From the NCBI GenBank assembly GCA_963740005.1, contig CAVUCO010000030.1:81232-145231 (forward strand): 64,000 nt of DNA, in the 5' to 3' direction. The position numbers and the translations under genes are program-made. This document shows, in pieces, positions 62,499 through 64,000 of the stretch. The notes beneath the pieces were generated by a model. That model made no database searches. It had not been told where the DNA came from and saw nothing but the letters and a program-made list of their open reading frames with translations. The stretch's first letter is position 1, and the number at the start of each line of letters is the position of its first letter. The DNA comes from an uncultured Acidobacteriaceae bacterium (GTDB lineage: Bacteria > Acidobacteriota > Terriglobia > Bryobacterales > Bryobacteraceae).

Positions 62499-63719
62499 GT
62501 GAGCGCGACTCAAACAGCACCACCCAAACACGTATCGGAACAAGCGGCATTTTCCATTTTGGCGGCGATCAGCGTTTGCCATATGCTCAACGACACGGTT
62601 CAGTCGTTGATATCGGCCATCTATCCGATTCTCAAGAGCTCGTTCCATCTCGACTTCGCTCAGATCGGGCTCATCACACTGGTCTTTCAGGTAACTGCTT
62701 CTTTGCTGCAGCCGTTTATCGGCCTCTACACCGATCGTTCTCCCAAACCCTACTCACTGCCGATTGGTATGGGGTTCACGCTGGGTGGCTTATTGCTGCT
62801 CTCGGTTGCTCCGACTTACGCGGTGCTGCTGGTGGCCGCAGGGCTGGTGGGCGTGGGATCGTCCGTGTTTCATCCGGAGTCGTCCCGTGTCGCGCGGCTG
62901 GCTTCCGGCGGCCATCACGGATTGGCTCAATCGCTGTTCCAGGTGGGCGGGAATGCCGGATCGTCGCTGGGACCGCTGCTGGCGGCGTTCATCGTGCTTC
63001 CCCGGGGCCAGTCCAGCATCGCCTGGTTCTCCCTGGTCGCTCTGCTAGCGATTGTTCTGCTGATCAGAATTGGCCACTGGTACAAGGAGCATTCGGTCCT
63101 CCGGCAATCCGTACTGAGGCGTCCGGATGGCCATCTGCGGCTGCCGACGCGACGGGTTGCCGTCTGCTTCGGCATACTGATCGCGCTGATGTTCTCGAAG
63201 TATTTCTATATTGCGAGCCTGAGTAGTTACTTCACTTTCTTTCTGATTAGTAAGTTTCATATCTCGGTTCAAAACGCAGAGGTGCGGCTGTTTATATTCC
63301 TGGGGGCCGTCGCGGCCGGAACCATTCTGGGCGGACCGATCGGCGACCGGATTGGACGGAAGTATGTGATCTGGTGCTCGATCCTCGGCGTGCTTCCGTT
63401 CACGCTGATACTTCCCTATGCCAACTTATTCTGGACCAGTATGTTGAGCGTCATCATCGGCTTGATTCTGGCTTCGGCCTTTAGCGCGATCCTGGTCTAC
63501 GCGCAGGATCTCGTGCCGGGCAAAGTCGGGATGATCTCCGGCCTGTTCTTCGGCCTGGCCTTCGGCATGGGCGGCGTGGGCGCGGCGCTGCTGGGCCGGC
63601 TTGCGGATTGGACCAGCATCACCTTTGTTTATGAAGTCTGTGCGTTCCTGCCACTGATCGGGTTACTAGCTGCCTTTCTGCCGAACCTCGAGCAGCCGAA
63701 GCTCATGAGAAGGGCTTGA
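62499..63719 (+). CDS. fsr: Fosmidomycin resistance MFS transporter
   Basis: HMLND, SSVFHPESSR, GLAQSLFQVGGN and GDRIGRK motifs. Confidence 0.9.
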   Translation: MSATQTAPPKHVSEQAAFSILAAISVCHMLNDTVQSLISAIYPILKSSFHLDFAQIGLITLVFQVTASLLQPFIGLYTDRSPKPYSLPIGMGFTLGGLLLLSVAPTYAVLLVAAGLVGVGSSVFHPESSRVARLASGGHHGLAQSLFQVGGNAGSSLGPLLAAFIVLPRGQSSIAWFSLVALLAIVLLIRIGHWYKEHSVLRQSVLRRPDGHLRLPTRRVAVCFGILIALMFSKYFYIASLSSYFTFFLISKFHISVQNAEVRLFIFLGAVAAGTILGGPIGDRIGRKYVIWCSILGVLPFTLILPYANLFWTSMLSVIIGLILASAFSAILVYAQDLVPGKVGMISGLFFGLAFGMGGVGAALLGRLADWTSITFVYEVCAFLPLIGLLAAFLPNLEQPKLMRRA

Positions 63720-64000
63720 GACAGGCCCAGGACAGTGATGAAAAAGGTCGAAATGCGCTCTGTCGAAAGCTACGGTCGAACGGCAGCACGCGCGCGTCCT
63801 CTGAAAATGCAAGCTTGGAAGACGCGGGGACGGACAGCTCTGTCCACGCGGCACAGAGCGGTATGCCGCTTCGTCTCTTACATCATGGTTTGGGACAGAG
63901 AAGCGTCCGTCCCCTTGATGAAACGGGCGTGACTCCGGAAGGACTTCGACACCGCTCCCATCATTGCGGGTGGCGCGCGCGTGCCCTGAAGACCCACAGG

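Overview
GC-rich chromosomal window, probably from an acidobacterium (Bryobacteraceae/Solibacter-like gene repertoire; this is an inference). Housekeeping and typical acidobacterial genes (ECF sigma with Ser/Thr kinase, ruvX-mltG, ROK-xylB-priA, rfbD, VWA, PEP-CTERM, MIOX, tsaB, fsr) are interrupted by three accessory features. (1) A ~1.6 kb single-gene element (about 32751-34373) has no terminal inverted repeats and splits a 22-bp REP-like repeat with no net target duplication. It has terminal hairpins and encodes a 506-aa protein whose motifs resemble a Rep_trans (pT181/MOB_T) initiator plus a winged helix, so it is a candidate non-HUH rolling-circle transposon. (2) A ~15 kb integrated element at tRNA-Arg(TCT) is bounded by exact 51-bp att repeats. 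It carries a tyrosine integrase, Xis/AlpA-like HTH proteins, a Prim-Pol/DUF927 replicase with an adjacent iteron array, a TerS-like protein and a serine recombinase, but no capsid genes. Its candidate defence cargo is an NDT/TIR-like domain fused to an Ig-like domain, and an AlbA_2/Schlafen-like protein. (3) A decaying islet after tRNA-His contains a frameshifted VapC. All product calls come from motif recognition by eye; no database searches were run.
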